Source: an uncultured Verrucomicrobiota bacterium
Lineage (GTDB): Bacteria; Verrucomicrobiota; Verrucomicrobiia; Limisphaerales; CAIYYI01
NCBI GenBank assembly: GCA_903930345.1
Contig: CAIYYI010000096.1
Location: 6,407 to 70,406 of the forward strand
Direction: 5' to 3'
DNA length: 64,000 bases
The position numbers and the translations under genes were made by a program. This document shows, in pieces, positions 63,514 to 64,000 of this stretch (position 1 is its first letter; each line of letters begins with the position of its first letter). The notes below the pieces were generated by a model. That model was not told where the DNA came from. It was given only the letters and a program-made list of their open reading frames with translations, and made no database searches.

Positions 63514-64000
63514 ATGCAGGAAACTGATTGGATTCGGTTCAAACCCTCGCCCATCCATGGGCAGGGCGGCAACGCCCGACGGGATATTCCGTCCGGCACG
63601 CGGGTTATTGAGTACGTGGGGGACCGCATCAGCAAGGCGGAATCCCTGAAACGGTGCGAGGCGGAGAACCCGTACATTTTCTGCCTGGACGAGGCGACCG
63701 ACCTGGATGGCAACGTGGAATGGAATCCGGCGCGGCTGCTCAATCACAGTTGCGATCCCAACTGCGAGGCGGAGATCGACGGGGGGCGGATCTGGATTTT
63801 CGCCCGGCGCGACATCCAGGCGGGCGAGGAGATCACGTTCAACTACGGGTATGATCTGGAGAATTACCGCGAGTATCCCTGCGCATGCGGCACGGCAGGG
63901 TGTGTGGGGTACATTGTGTCCGAGGAGTTTTTTGAACACGTGCGGAAACAGGGGCGGGCGGGTGGCGCGTGTTCAATCCGGCAGGGGGGTCTCGCCGGGC
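63514..64000 (+). CDS. SET-domain protein (lysine methyltransferase-like), 3' end beyond the window
   Basis: ATG 63514. MQETDWIRFKPSPIHGQGG..RDIPSGTRVIEYVGDRISKAE...NPARLLNHSCDPNCEAEIDGGRIWIFARRDIQAGEEITFNYGYD...YPCACGTAGCVGYI. This gives the NHSC motif, an ELTFDY-like motif and a post-SET C-x-C-x4-C. It is absent from the ORF track because it has no stop in the window. Confidence 0.8.
   Translation, partial: MQETDWIRFKPSPIHGQGGNARRDIPSGTRVIEYVGDRISKAESLKRCEAENPYIFCLDEATDLDGNVEWNPARLLNHSCDPNCEAEIDGGRIWIFARRDIQAGEEITFNYGYDLENYREYPCACGTAGCVGYIVSEEFFEHVRKQGRAGGACSIRQGGLAG

Noticed and set aside
63337-63939. 200-aa minus-strand ORF at the right edge.
   Set aside because: It is antisense to the SET-domain gene, which has unambiguous motifs on the plus strand.

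Overview
GC-rich bacterial chromosomal segment with about 40 supportable features. I found no rRNA, tRNA, CRISPR array, transposase, integrase or reverse transcriptase. Gene content suggests a PVC-superphylum organism (Verrucomicrobiota/Planctomycetota-like): tandem sulfatases, GH127-type enzymes, lamin-tail/CotH giant proteins, GYF_2 membrane proteins, Tat/Sec-exported enzymes and a SET-domain protein. That placement is inference from content only. Housekeeping genes recognised with high confidence are ychF, recG, trpD, metH and ndk. Accessory content: (1) two secreted giant proteins (3066 aa on +, 1934 aa on -) sharing an LTDx3-CotH-LTDx3 core; (2) a 2333-codon membrane protein with an estimated 50-60 hydrophobic segments and no family I recognise; (3) a co-directional exported glycoside-hydrolase cluster (GH43-like, two GH127-like, one WbsX-like) with ndk embedded; (4) a TRAP transporter followed by a universal stress protein; (5) a four-gene GYF_2/DUF2752 membrane module; (6) a 1.5-kb stretch of three gene remnants (aqpZ, M20 amidohydrolase, Ser/Thr kinase), followed by an AT-rich inverted repeat and two short tandem-repeat arrays upstream of the first giant gene; (7) at the right edge, a Schlafen/AlbA_2-type ATPase, a gene remnant and a SET-domain gene. 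Many long ORFs in the track are antisense shadows of real genes, as expected in high-GC DNA, and were rejected. Several track ORFs begin at alternative or upstream starts, so I moved starts to the ATG that fits the homologous N-terminus or signal peptide. All domain calls come from reading the translations by eye and need profile searches to confirm.
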